DNA of 64,000 bases from a virus (lineage: Duplodnaviria > Caudoviricetes): positions 58,294-122,293 of IMG/VR virus record IMGVR_UViG_3300037991_006036; one strand, written 5' to 3'. Positions 48,672-57,869 of the stretch are shown here, piece after piece. Position 1 is the stretch's first letter. Each line of letters begins with the position of its first letter. Below the pieces are notes generated by a model. The model ran no database searches. It was not told the DNA's origin and worked only from the letters and a program-made list of their open reading frames with translations. Position numbers and translations under genes: made by a program.

Positions 48672-49810
48672 TATAGTGTCTCTTCCTCTGCTTGATCGTT
48701 AAACAAGTTCTCATCGGTTCCATCATTGATGAACTTCTGGACTATCTGTCTCATGAATGTTCTCTCTGACTGTAACCCTCCCTCTTCTGAGTATAGTGGG
48801 TAAATACCTACTTGAGCCACTTCTGCAATTGAGAAGCCATCTACTAGTAATCCTCCCATTTCAATTACTGATCGGGTAGAGATCATAGTACTAATCTGAG
48901 GCTGATCACTCTGGATCTCATCTCTTGTTAGCTTCGCTATCTCTGCGAGGTTTTCCGCATCACTAGTTTCCATGTCTGGATAGATCTTCTGTAGTAGTGA
49001 TGTCTCCTGCTCTTGAGTTAAGTAAGGAATCTCTGCAATTGTGAATCTATCTATCAATGCTCGGTCCATTACTCTTACTGCAGTATATTCAGCTCCTAGG
49101 TTGGCAGTACCAATGAACGATACTCCTTCCGCAACTTTAATAGTTGGAGCTCCTACAGCCTCATCTAATCTAATATATCTCTGACCTGGATCAAGTACTG
49201 TCATTAGTATGTTCCAAGCCTCTGGATGTGCTCTCGATACCTCATCCAATAGTATCACTGTGTTAGGAGTCTTCAGTGCTTTAACAAAAGCAGACTCGTT
49301 AAAGAATGTCCCTGCATCCTTAGAGAAGTGAGTGTTCCCGATAAGTGTTCCTCTAGGATCCTGAGTGGCTCCTAAGTTAATGTAGAACAACTCTCTCCCT
49401 AATGCCTTTGCAACAGCAATAGCAGTCTGTGACTTACCAGTCCCGGTAGGTCCAGTTAGTAACATGTTAGCTCCTCTGTAGACATTACGACAGATAAACT
49501 TCCAGTTAAGGTCATTCATATATAATGTGTCAGGTCTCTTGTCAACACAAGTCTTTAAGAAGGACATAACCTCGTTAGTCTTCTCTACTGGCTTCTCCTC
49601 TGGTAGGGTGGAGTTACTAGCAACCTGAGTCCAAGCAGAGTTCTCAGTCTCCTTGTACAAATACATTCCTTTGTCCAATGCATTCTTCAATGTAGCATAG
49701 ACAATTGACCTAGTGATGTCCTCACCGGTCCTTGCATCGAATGCCCTATTCGACATCTTTCCTCCCTTTCCTGGAGCTCTCTTAACTTGGGCTAATAATG
49801 GATATTTCAT
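48671..49810 (-). CDS. MoxR/CbbQ/CobS-type AAA+ ATPase
   Basis: Walker A GPTGTGKS, Walker B ILLDE, GTAN, DRALIDRF, STRS sensor. Confidence 0.9.
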   Translation of the reverse strand: MKYPLLAQVKRAPGKGGKMSNRAFDARTGEDITRSIVYATLKNALDKGMYLYKETENSAWTQVASNSTLPEEKPVEKTNEVMSFLKTCVDKRPDTLYMNDLNWKFICRNVYRGANMLLTGPTGTGKSQTAIAVAKALGRELFYINLGATQDPRGTLIGNTHFSKDAGTFFNESAFVKALKTPNTVILLDEVSRAHPEAWNILMTVLDPGQRYIRLDEAVGAPTIKVAEGVSFIGTANLGAEYTAVRVMDRALIDRFTIAEIPYLTQEQETSLLQKIYPDMETSDAENLAEIAKLTRDEIQSDQPQISTMISTRSVIEMGGLLVDGFSIAEVAQVGIYPLYSEEGGLQSERTFMRQIVQKFINDGTDENLFNDQAEEETL

Positions 49811-49840
49811 GCGTGATTATTTATGTTATTAATTATCTTT

Positions 49841-49881
49841 CTTTACATGGTAAAGATCAGGATCATTTACCAGACTTGCAA
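49841..49881 (-). promoter_or_regulatory. Repeated promoter with CTTTAC-N3-GTAAAG palindrome (copy 1)
   Basis: TTGC and palindrome at the same spacing in 4 full copies. Confidence 0.7.
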
Positions 49882-49909
49882 CTTTTTGCAAGGTTTTTTT
49901 TAAACTTTT

Positions 49910-50212
49910 TTACATACATCTGTAGTGCTCAGTCTTACTCCAAGCATCATAAAACTGCTTAGCACACTCTGTTAACTCAGTGAGTGGGACTCTCTTATAA
50001 CGAACCTTTCCTCCCCACACTTCACCAACGTTGGCCCACTTACTATTGATACGAGTGATCCTTCCCTGACATACGAGAGGGACTAATGTGTACTTAGTAG
50101 AAGCTCCTCTCTCCCACTTCTTTCTCATCCCACCATTCTGGTCAATGAACTTAACAATTGATCCTTTCTTGATCTCCGTTCCGTGCTTGTCTGTATAAAT
50201 CATATCTGTCAT
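49910..50212 (-). CDS. Hypothetical SH3/YopX-like small protein (start corrected to MTDMIYTDKHG)
   Basis: DKHGTEIKKGSIV motif; ATG lies just downstream of promoter copy 2. Confidence 0.7.
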   Translation of the reverse strand: MTDMIYTDKHGTEIKKGSIVKFIDQNGGMRKKWERGASTKYTLVPLVCQGRITRINSKWANVGEVWGGKVRYKRVPLTELTECAKQFYDAWSKTEHYRCM

Positions 50213-50220
50213 ATCTTTCT

Positions 50221-50261
50221 CTTTACATAGTAAAGAACACCCTTCTAGTCCAGAAAAGCAA
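50221..50261 (-). promoter_or_regulatory. Repeated palindromic promoter (copy 2)
   Basis: TTGC..GTTCTTTAC-TAT-GTAAAG. Confidence 0.65.
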
Positions 50262-50286
50262 CAAAAAGCCAAAATATTTTTTATAG

Positions 50287-50514
50287 TTTTGCACAAAGTT
50301 ATGAACCGGGTTGGTTCTTTTTTTTTATATAACCCCCCCCACAAAGATACAAAAAAAATAAACACGAGACAACATTTGTTCATAACCTTCCCAGTTATGC
50401 ACGGGTTATGCACAGCCTGCCTGCCTAATTGTTCATAACTCTAGGGGTGGAGGGGACGTAACTGACTCAGGATCAAGGGGATACACTTGGGGGTGGAAGG
50501 GGTATTGTGCATAA
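50287..50514. repeat. Cluster of DnaA-box-like 9-mers; candidate replication origin
   Basis: TTATG(C/A)AC(A/G/C) in both orientations at 50299, 50377, 50395, 50406, 50430 and 50506, plus TTTTGCACA at 50287. Confidence 0.55.
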
Positions 50515-50673
50515 ATTCTATACAAAAAATTTTGCGGGATCGAAATAAATGTGTATTAGCTTCTCACCTATATTATAGACACTAAAAGACCCCTCCCCCA
50601 TATAGTGAGTAGAGTATACAATGTTATTATATCGTATCTAGGTACGTAGTGTATAGAATATACAATATGGTGC

Positions 50674-50703
50674 AAAAAGAAAACCCTGCCTTATAGGGCA
50701 GGG
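50674..50703 (-). terminator. Intrinsic terminator
   Basis: CCCTGCC-CTATAA-GGCAGGG followed by TTTTCTTTTT on the minus strand. Confidence 0.8.
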
Positions 50704-50704
50704 C

Positions 50705-51145
50705 TTATGTAATCAACCAACCTCGGTAGGCTGTCCGTATCTCTGGTCCGACTGGAATATAGTACCTAATGGTCCTACAGTGATACGTTAGGTTTAGTAG
50801 ATGTTGACTCTCAGCACAATCGCCATCCAGGTTACGCAAGTACTTAGGCTCTCACCTCCTGAGGAATAACCTCTTGTCTATGTACTCGACCACTCTCATG
50901 ATCACTAGATTCCTCCAGCTCGCCTCCAACATAGTGTCTCTCAACTACTTCCGCCAGACGCCCAGAACATTCGGATCTCTCCTGCCTGGGAGGAGCTATG
51001 TAGTTGGCTCATCACCAACACTCCTTTGAATCCAACACTGTCTACAAACAGTCCACAACATGCCATGAGTGGTATGGGCTTGTGAGGTAACGACTCCTCT
51101 TCTCATCATGCCAAGCTAACACTAGCCCTTGTCAATGGGTCACGT
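50705..51145. ncRNA. Candidate structured ncRNA, family unrecognised
   Basis: ORF-free, visibly more GC-rich than its flanks, many short stems, bounded by a terminator. Confidence 0.4.
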
Positions 51146-51149
51146 TTCT

Positions 51150-51335
51150 TTAGTTTTGTTCCGTGTTGTCATTTGAGTTGCGTTTAAGTGCTGTCAACTC
51201 TTGATTGTTAAACAGTGTTAACATGGACCAGAATATTAGTTGACGTATGTCTTCCGGCTGTGTCATATAATAGTACACAGTCATTCCCATGCACCACAAT
51301 ACTAATAAGGTTAAAAATATTCTCATAGCTTCCAT
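51150..51335 (-). CDS. Small membrane protein
   Basis: 61 aa with hydrophobic helices. Confidence 0.55.
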   Translation of the reverse strand: MEAMRIFLTLLVLWCMGMTVYYYMTQPEDIRQLIFWSMLTLFNNQELTALKRNSNDNTEQN

Positions 51336-51470
51336 ATGCTTTTACGTGATCTGCTAGGCTTCTTGTATGACCACCATAACATGATCTTGCTGATTAATTT
51401 TTTTATCATTTATGTATTACCATTAGGTGGAAGGAGCATAGTCTTATAGTATGTCTTCTCCTTCTCCTTA

Positions 51471-51704
51471 TCATTTAGTTAAATCGTTTAGTGCGTGTCT
51501 ATACGCGTCTACGATTGACCTCTCCCTGCCACCTTTTTCTCGCGCGACGGCTTGTATGACCTCCTCTTTCAAACCATGCGCGTCGGCTTCCTCGAGTATC
51601 TCTTTGATGGCTTCGTTGTCGGCTGTTCTTCTTACATTCCTCACTAATGCATAGTGTGGTATGTTTACATTATCCCATCCTTTCATCCAATCGTGTTCAC
51701 TCAT
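51471..51704 (-). CDS. Hypothetical protein
   Basis: Translationally coupled small ORF. Confidence 0.65.
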   Translation of the reverse strand: MSEHDWMKGWDNVNIPHYALVRNVRRTADNEAIKEILEEADAHGLKEEVIQAVAREKGGRERSIVDAYRHALNDLTK

Positions 51705-51883
51705 ATTTGTTTATCTCTAATTTTTACACAGCGCTCATAGTCTTCTATGTCTATAAGATACTGCAACGTAACTAAAGGGTCTTCATGGTTCTTTGGTAAC
51801 AAGAATGGACCATCTTTACCTAACTCTTCATATGTTGTTTCACCTACTAACAACTTAAAGGAGTTTTCATACGCTTCACTCAT
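51701..51883 (-). CDS. Hypothetical protein with UVR-like C-terminus
   Basis: EDYERCVKIRD motif. Confidence 0.6.
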   Translation of the reverse strand: MSEAYENSFKLLVGETTYEELGKDGPFLLPKNHEDPLVTLQYLIDIEDYERCVKIRDKQI

Positions 51884-52149
51884 CTTTGTCCTTTTTTAGT
51901 TAGCCATGTTAGTGATCGTAACATCTGTGTTGGTATCTCTATTATCTGTCCAGCACAATCATTATATTTTCCCCAGTTCAATCCTTTCCTCTTACTATGA
52001 TTCTTCACCACCTTGAAGTATCCCCACTTGTCATCATATCCAAGCAAGCGAGCTCTGTATGTAGGTGAGATGCATGTTGCCGCTCTCTTGCCAATCATTG
52101 TATCCAAATCTTGGACTACATCTACTCTAGGTGTTATTCTTCTATTCAT
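51880..52149 (-). CDS. Hypothetical protein
   Basis: Coupled small ORF. Confidence 0.6.
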   Translation of the reverse strand: MNRRITPRVDVVQDLDTMIGKRAATCISPTYRARLLGYDDKWGYFKVVKNHSKRKGLNWGKYNDCAGQIIEIPTQMLRSLTWLTKKGQR

Positions 52150-52366
52150 AGTTCGTTCGTTTAAGACTCTTTGCCCACAGTGCTCTAGCTATCTTGAAAT
52201 CTGATAGCACACACAGCTTTAGGTTGTATTCTTTAGCAATCTGATTCAATCCATCTTCAGCTTCTGTGATTGAATACTCTTTATGTTCTTGCTCCAACCA
52301 ATGACTCATTGCCATATCAAATGCGTGGTCTTCTAGGTCTTCTAACTCTTCATCTTTCTTGGTCAT
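52142..52366 (-). CDS. Hypothetical protein
   Basis: Coupled small ORF. Confidence 0.6.
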   Translation of the reverse strand: MTKKDEELEDLEDHAFDMAMSHWLEQEHKEYSITEAEDGLNQIAKEYNLKLCVLSDFKIARALWAKSLKRTNYE

Positions 52367-52682
52367 ACAATTTTTTTAATAGTTCATGTCCTCCTGGTTC
52401 GTTCTCTATCTCTGCTAGCATTGATCCAAACACATCATTCTCATATGATAATCGATCAATCTCCTCTCCCATCAATGTAGTTGTTTTCAACAACTCCAGT
52501 TGCTCATCTTCTAAGCATCTGTTAGCTTCTTGTAGAGTTTGTACTTGTTTTTTATATCCTTCAGCCATACTGTTTGCTAAAGAACCTAAAATACTAATCC
52601 CCAATACTAATACAATTGGAATACCATACTCAGCGACAAATCTCTTAACATCATTCCAGTAAACTTTTCTCCACTTACTCAT
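52350..52682 (-). CDS. Single-TM coiled-coil protein
   Basis: TM followed by a coiled coil. Confidence 0.65.
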   Translation of the reverse strand: MSKWRKVYWNDVKRFVAEYGIPIVLVLGISILGSLANSMAEGYKKQVQTLQEANRCLEDEQLELLKTTTLMGEEIDRLSYENDVFGSMLAEIENEPGGHELLKKLYDQER

Positions 52683-52951
52683 ATTGCTAAAGTACTAATC
52701 ATTTTTCCTAACAAAAGTCCAGCAGCTAATCCGATAACCACTCCAATGACCATTCCTTGTAAGAATTTTTTTTGCAGTGGATCTTGTAGCAAGGCTTGTT
52801 CCTTGTTGTGCATTTCAATTGTTGATTCTACTATACGTATCAACGTATCCTTTCTTAATCTTCTGTCTAGTTCTACTCCGTATTTTCTCGCAAGTACTTC
52901 TAGCTCTCTTTTACTCAATTTTGAGTAGTCTTCCATTACTGGTGCTTTCAT
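52679..52951 (-). CDS. Rho-N-like helical domain with C-terminal TM anchor
   Basis: SKLSKRELEVLARKYGVELDRRLRKDTLI; C-terminal hydrophobic helix. Confidence 0.6.
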   Translation of the reverse strand: MKAPVMEDYSKLSKRELEVLARKYGVELDRRLRKDTLIRIVESTIEMHNKEQALLQDPLQKKFLQGMVIGVVIGLAAGLLLGKMISTLAI

Positions 52952-53101
52952 ATTCCGTATTTTATTCGTTCGTAAATTCTGTAGCCTAGTAGGCTAATCA
53001 CAGCCACTCCGTAGATTGACAGTATTGTTATGGTTAGTGCATCCATTTTATTTTATTTAAAGAAGGAGGACTTACTATCACTTTGATTGCCTCCTTGTTG
53101 T

Positions 53102-55222
53102 TTACTTATTCATTAACTCTTTGTTCATGTGAGTTGCAATCGCAGTTGCATTACTAGCATCTGGAAGAGCTTTGCTTTGCTTCACTCCATACATCTCTTT
53201 GAATTGACTGAATCCATACCCTTCATCACTTCCGAAAAAGAAACCTACATGATTGATTCCCAACTCATTGTTGATTCTCTTTACTTGTCTCTTAGTATGT
53301 GCAAGAGCGTTACGTCCTCCATAGTTACCACACCCTGGAGATCCATCACAGATGTTGATTAAGTAACTATCACAATCTTCGTTAGAAGGAGTTAGTAAGT
53401 TCTTCTTCAACATAGCTTCTAAACATAATCCTTCTGGAGTCATTGAGTTACAATCGTAGATGTTAAGTAGGCTAGTTAAGTGACCTAGTCTGTTAGTTCT
53501 ACTATCGTAAATGATAGTGATTACTGGAGTATCATTGTTATCAGTTTCTCTCATACTCACTTGAAGTTCTAATCCATCAATCATACTAACTGCTTTTCCA
53601 ATCGCAGCAGCCATCTTGATTGAGTTTTTCCATCTCTCACCTCCCATTGATCCAGAAGCATCAATCGTTAGGTGAATGTTAGCTTTCTTGTACTTCTCAA
53701 TATGAATCTGACTAAAGATATTCTCAATCCCATAACCAGCATGAGCAAGTCTCTTGTTATCAATTCTTCCACTTCTCAATCTATTAGTCTCTAACGATCT
53801 TGACTCTCTACGAGTAAGAAGTTTTCTTCCTAACATAGCTCCAAGCTGAAGACCTTCATTTACTTGAGCTTCATTCTCTCTACTTCCTAAACGAGAACCC
53901 CAAGACAATCTATTCAATCCAGCTGGACCATCATAACTCTTACAAGCCTTTTCAGCATCAGCTTGTTCTTGAGTTTTTTTACCATCACTGTAGTAACCTA
54001 CAAACTCATCTTTAGCTCTAAGATCTGTAAGGTAGTCATTAGCTTTTGTAACAGCAGCTAATTTATGAACCTCTTTGTCTAATCTATAGATCAAACAATC
54101 TTGCTTCTGACGACCATCTCCAACAGCAGCAAAGTCAATCTCTGAATCTTGTAGTTGAACAATCTTCTTAGCAACAGATCTCTGAATCTGTTTCTTCTGA
54201 ACCGTTTGTCTCACTTGTTGCTTAGCTTCTTCAAGAGCTTTCTGAACCTTATACTCTTCAGAAGGAGTTAAGTCTTGCATTTCTGGACCTTCATTTCCTT
54301 CTTCATCACCCTCACCACTTCCTGCTCCAGGAGCTTCTTCATCACCTTCAGACCCTTCATCCTCAGTATCTTCATCTCCTTCTTCATCAGAAGAATCTGG
54401 ACCTGGACCTGATTGAGTTTCTTGATCTTCATTCTCACCAGCTCCTGACTGTTGTTGTTGTTGAGTCTGATTCATTTTTTCTTCTTCGATGATTTGATTA
54501 ATCTTCTCAATAACTCTGTGAGCAAGTTTCAAAGCATCTTCAGTATTTTTCAAACGACTAATGTTATTAACATCAATCAACTTCACTATCTCAGTAAGAC
54601 CAACAATTCTTCGAGAATCAAAAGCTGGATTCATCATATTGATAATGTGAGCGAAAAAGTTCTCCATAGTAGGAGTACAATACTTAGGACTCTTCAACAT
54701 CTTAGCGATGTCTTTGTTTCTAAAGTAGTGATCGTACATCTTGTGATAATAACCTTTGTAACCTGGACAGTTCTTAAAGACGATAGTATCAATCCTACGA
54801 TCTTCAATCCAGTTCAACATATCTTTGATCTCTTGTTTATCATCACCTTTGTAGTTTTCAATGAAGTGTGTAAGCACTTCTTTCTGAGTGTGTTTAAGAT
54901 GACTAGCTTCGTGAAGAGCTAGACCAGCAGTAACATCGAAGTTTTTCTCGTTAATGTTACCAGCGATAGTTACGTGATTAAAGTCTGTATAAGACTCAGT
55001 ACCTTTGAACAAAACTGGAACATCTTTCTGAGATAGAATCTTCACAAAGTTTCCGATAGCTTTCTGATAGTTACGAAGCTTAATAGCTTTTACAACACTA
55101 CTAGCTTGACTCCTACCATCAAGAGTAACATTAGCTGCTCCTCTATCAAGCCAGAAACCAGCATAGGTGTGGTCTTTCTGAGCTTTTGTTCTCTTTTTCT
55201 TGTTGTTAAATATAATTGCCAT
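53102..55222 (-). CDS. VWA-domain protein with N-terminal HExxH domain (CobT-like MoxR partner)
   Basis: LHEASH..EDRRI; acidic linker; MIDAS IDASGSM..TPEG..ICDGSP. Confidence 0.85.
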   Translation of the reverse strand: MAIIFNNKKKRTKAQKDHTYAGFWLDRGAANVTLDGRSQASSVVKAIKLRNYQKAIGNFVKILSQKDVPVLFKGTESYTDFNHVTIAGNINEKNFDVTAGLALHEASHLKHTQKEVLTHFIENYKGDDKQEIKDMLNWIEDRRIDTIVFKNCPGYKGYYHKMYDHYFRNKDIAKMLKSPKYCTPTMENFFAHIINMMNPAFDSRRIVGLTEIVKLIDVNNISRLKNTEDALKLAHRVIEKINQIIEEEKMNQTQQQQQSGAGENEDQETQSGPGPDSSDEEGDEDTEDEGSEGDEEAPGAGSGEGDEEGNEGPEMQDLTPSEEYKVQKALEEAKQQVRQTVQKKQIQRSVAKKIVQLQDSEIDFAAVGDGRQKQDCLIYRLDKEVHKLAAVTKANDYLTDLRAKDEFVGYYSDGKKTQEQADAEKACKSYDGPAGLNRLSWGSRLGSRENEAQVNEGLQLGAMLGRKLLTRRESRSLETNRLRSGRIDNKRLAHAGYGIENIFSQIHIEKYKKANIHLTIDASGSMGGERWKNSIKMAAAIGKAVSMIDGLELQVSMRETDNNDTPVITIIYDSRTNRLGHLTSLLNIYDCNSMTPEGLCLEAMLKKNLLTPSNEDCDSYLINICDGSPGCGNYGGRNALAHTKRQVKRINNELGINHVGFFFGSDEGYGFSQFKEMYGVKQSKALPDASNATAIATHMNKELMNK

Positions 55223-55254
55223 ATTGCGTGATTATTTGTTTGTAATTATCTTTC

Positions 55255-55295
55255 CTTTACGTAGTAAAGGTCAGGAATATTTTCCATATATGCAA
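55255..55295 (-). promoter_or_regulatory. Repeated palindromic promoter (copy 3)
   Basis: TTGC..GACCTTTAC-TAC-GTAAAG upstream of the VWA gene. Confidence 0.7.
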
Positions 55296-55303
55296 CAGTT
55301 TGA

Positions 55304-55519
55304 TCAATTTTTTTCTCTAAATTTATCAATTAATTGACATATTCCTATTCCGGCAAACACTGCAACTGTGAGTAATCCCAATCCTTTTACGGGAGTCAAT
55401 ATCATTACACCTAATGCCCAAACGAACATCTTGATTACTAATTGTACTAAAGCCATTGAGACAACAATCATAGTAACCCACATGCAACAGTTCTTAAAAA
55501 ATTCTATGTACGTTTTCAT
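55304..55519 (-). CDS. Small membrane protein
   Basis: Two hydrophobic helices. Confidence 0.6.
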   Translation of the reverse strand: MKTYIEFFKNCCMWVTMIVVSMALVQLVIKMFVWALGVMILTPVKGLGLLTVAVFAGIGICQLIDKFREKN

Positions 55520-55713
55520 TTCTTTTTCTCTTTAATATAAATCCATAATAAACCTAATCCCATTCCAAAGACAAATAAACATACTGAGATCCATATTGGT
55601 GAAGTAACCCACCACCATGACCAATCTATGTTATCTGTTAACTTCAGTATCAGGAACACTAAGAATAGTGCTCCTGAGAAACTGATACCTCCACTGTTGT
55701 TGTTCTTTTCCAT
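55516..55713 (-). CDS. Small membrane protein (LKL..IDWSWWWV.SPIW family)
   Basis: Characteristic Trp-rich motif of a common phage membrane protein. Confidence 0.7.
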   Translation of the reverse strand: MEKNNNSGGISFSGALFLVFLILKLTDNIDWSWWWVTSPIWISVCLFVFGMGLGLLWIYIKEKKK

Positions 55714-56132
55714 TACTTCAATCCTATAAATTCTTGTTCTAACTCCAACTCCATATCTTCTGCCATCTCTTTCAATCGATAGCTAGCAGCACTTTCAAGC
55801 TCGTTAATAACTTCTGCATTAACATCTTTCATACTGTATCCCATTCCGAATCCATAACAAGTAATATCTTTCTGAATGTTTCTCAACTCTTCGGTTTGGA
55901 CATCTGTGTATTCTCTTTCTGCGAAAGGTTCGATCTCATAACCATTCTCCTCAGCTTCGATCTCACAAGTATTCTCATCATACTGTTTCTCAGCTTCTTT
56001 GTAGGCTGCTGCCCATTTTTCCCATATTTGATCACGAACATCAGTCGCAACTTTCTCATTGTGAGCATACATTTCCTTACTCCAAGGCTTTGTGATCTCG
56101 ATTCCGTACTTGATTTCTTTTGCTTTTTTCAT
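55713..56132 (-). CDS. Acidic hypothetical protein
   Basis: 139 aa, directly downstream of promoter copy 4. Confidence 0.7.
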   Translation of the reverse strand: MKKAKEIKYGIEITKPWSKEMYAHNEKVATDVRDQIWEKWAAAYKEAEKQYDENTCEIEAEENGYEIEPFAEREYTDVQTEELRNIQKDITCYGFGMGYSMKDVNAEVINELESAASYRLKEMAEDMELELEQEFIGLK

Positions 56133-56157
56133 AGTGATTATTTATTAATTATCTTTC

Positions 56158-56198
56158 CTTTACGTAGTAAAGGTCAGGAATATAATCCACTTATGCAA
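56158..56198 (-). promoter_or_regulatory. Repeated palindromic promoter (copy 4)
   Basis: Near-identical to copy 3. Confidence 0.7.
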
Positions 56199-56227
56199 CA
56201 GTTTAGCAAAAAAAAATTAAAAAAATT

Positions 56228-56371
56228 TTATATTGCATTCTTGTGAAATCGTCCTCTCTTTGGCCTTCTGTTCTTCTTTTGTGGTCTTTTTTCATCTTTG
56301 GTTTTGATCCCCATAGATCTTCTCCAATCTTGCAAGCATTGTAGTCTTGCTTTAGCGCTGATTCTGCTCAT
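56228..56371 (-). CDS. 47-aa basic protein (MSRISAKARLQCLQDWRRSMG...)
   Basis: Manually translated; fills the gap. Confidence 0.5.
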   Translation of the reverse strand: MSRISAKARLQCLQDWRRSMGIKTKDEKRPQKKNRRPKRGRFHKNAI

Positions 56372-56837
56372 TGTTTATTTGTTTTTGTTTATTAAGTCTT
56401 TTGTATTTATATAACATCAATCCATGGAATAATACCAAACAGCTTACAGCTATTAGTTCAGCTAATAACATATCATAAAACACTATTAACATACAGAACA
56501 TATAAGGTCCTAGGATCCACTTGAAGTGATTGGTAATCATCAATGGCACAGCACATGCTATAAAAAAAGCTACAGCCATCCAGTTGTGGATAGTTGCATA
56601 ATCTTCTACAGAAAAACCTACCAACAATACTAAGAATACTGCAGGCACTTTCCATCTCTCTGAATCGAATAGATAGTAGGCTGTAATGATGTTTGATAAA
56701 ATGAAGAGTGGTTGTAGTGGAGTTTCCCAGTATTGTGAATAAGAATACTCCCAACCATAAGTAGCTACACATGCGAATGGTGCAACCAATGCTAGTAGTA
56801 GAGCTAGCGTGCGAACGGATAATTCAACTCTACTCAT
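56352..56837 (-). CDS. Polytopic membrane protein
   Basis: About 5-6 hydrophobic helices. Confidence 0.7.
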   Translation of the reverse strand: MSRVELSVRTLALLLALVAPFACVATYGWEYSYSQYWETPLQPLFILSNIITAYYLFDSERWKVPAVFLVLLVGFSVEDYATIHNWMAVAFFIACAVPLMITNHFKWILGPYMFCMLIVFYDMLLAELIAVSCLVLFHGLMLYKYKRLNKQKQINNEQNQR

Positions 56838-56839
56838 AG

Positions 56840-57064
56840 TTAAAATGGAAGTTTAGTCTGCGCTTCATCTTCCATCTTACAATCTTCTAATCTATAGAAT
56901 GTATCAACACTCACACTAACTTGCACTTGTTCATAAGAAGCAAAAGTGTTGTAAGGCTCTCCTGGTGTGAGTGTGTAATTAACTTTTGAATAATCGCCTC
57001 TTAGAAGAGACATGAAGTCTTCTTCGCGAACATAAATTGTAACTGATTTTATTTCTGGTTTCAT
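56840..57064 (-). CDS. Hypothetical protein
   Basis: 74 aa, ending KLPF. Confidence 0.6.
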   Translation of the reverse strand: MKPEIKSVTIYVREEDFMSLLRGDYSKVNYTLTPGEPYNTFASYEQVQVSVSVDTFYRLEDCKMEDEAQTKLPF

Positions 57065-57094
57065 ATAACTTAAATTTAGATAACTATACTCTTT

Positions 57095-57328
57095 TTATTC
57101 TAGAAAATCAACAAGATCTTCATACTTTCCTAATTCAATATAAATTGGTGTTTGTTCACCTACATAAGCTCCCCACACATTATACTCAAGATATTCAATT
57201 GCATCTTCATGAGACATATCCATTTCGTATACTGCAATTGATATCATCTTTTGACGATCATATACGAATCGTTGTGAGTTAGGCTCTAAACCTACAATTG
57301 CTTTATCAAATCCATCTGGCTTCATCAT
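57095..57328 (-). CDS. Conserved phage hypothetical protein
   Basis: DGFDKAIVG..EYNVWGAYVGEQTP motif. Confidence 0.7.
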   Translation of the reverse strand: MMKPDGFDKAIVGLEPNSQRFVYDRQKMISIAVYEMDMSHEDAIEYLEYNVWGAYVGEQTPIYIELGKYEDLVDFLE

Positions 57329-57858
57329 AGCAACTCCTCTTGTACTTTAGTCCAATAAACATTTGTTGAAGCATATGTCATTCCTGATGGTCCTCCATTC
57401 CAACATCTTGCAATCTCTTCAAAGTCTTCTAACTGATAAAACTTAGTGAAAATTTTTAGCATCTGTATTGATTTCTCTCGTGACCATCTATCTTGTAGTG
57501 TGTAGGTTTTTTTGATTCCTAACAACTTGCAAATACGATTAACCTCTGAAACCATAATAGGTCTAATTTGCAAACAACCTACAGCCTTTTCTACTGCACA
57601 GTATGCTGAATCGTTTCCTTTGCTTTCAACTTGAATCATAGCGTAAACCAAACTATCAACGGATGGTTTTGGTGCTACTGCTTTTACATCAACCTTATTA
57701 GTTATTGTAGTGTCTACAGTTTGAATATTTTCTTTTGGTTGAATGGGATCTGAATGATCGTGATCGCAATCGTGATGCATTAAAACGCCATACAATGCAA
57801 TAACAAAGTATGACATAATTGTAAATCCAACAATTGCTCCAATGTGTGTTTTTTTCAT
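57325..57858 (-). CDS. Membrane-anchored lysozyme/transglycosylase-like protein
   Basis: N-terminal TM; MIQVES..GCLQI..ARCWNGG. Confidence 0.75.
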   Translation of the reverse strand: MKKTHIGAIVGFTIMSYFVIALYGVLMHHDCDHDHSDPIQPKENIQTVDTTITNKVDVKAVAPKPSVDSLVYAMIQVESKGNDSAYCAVEKAVGCLQIRPIMVSEVNRICKLLGIKKTYTLQDRWSREKSIQMLKIFTKFYQLEDFEEIARCWNGGPSGMTYASTNVYWTKVQEELL

Positions 57859-57869
57859 AATTTATGTTT

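Noticed and set aside
50213-50413. N-terminal extension of the 167-aa ORF
   Set aside because: It spans promoter copy 2 and homopolymer runs; the ATG at 50212 fits the promoter.
50705-51145. tmRNA, RNase P, tRNA or intron identity; short ORFs of 26 and 37 aa
   Set aside because: No tRNA-like ends or T-loop, no RNase P GAGGAAAGUCC core and no interrupted host gene. The short ORFs lack coupling or recognisable features.
53056-53097. AAGGAGG/CCTCCTT inverted repeat as a terminator
   Set aside because: The loop is long (~20 nt) and the U-tract is weak; too uncertain to call.
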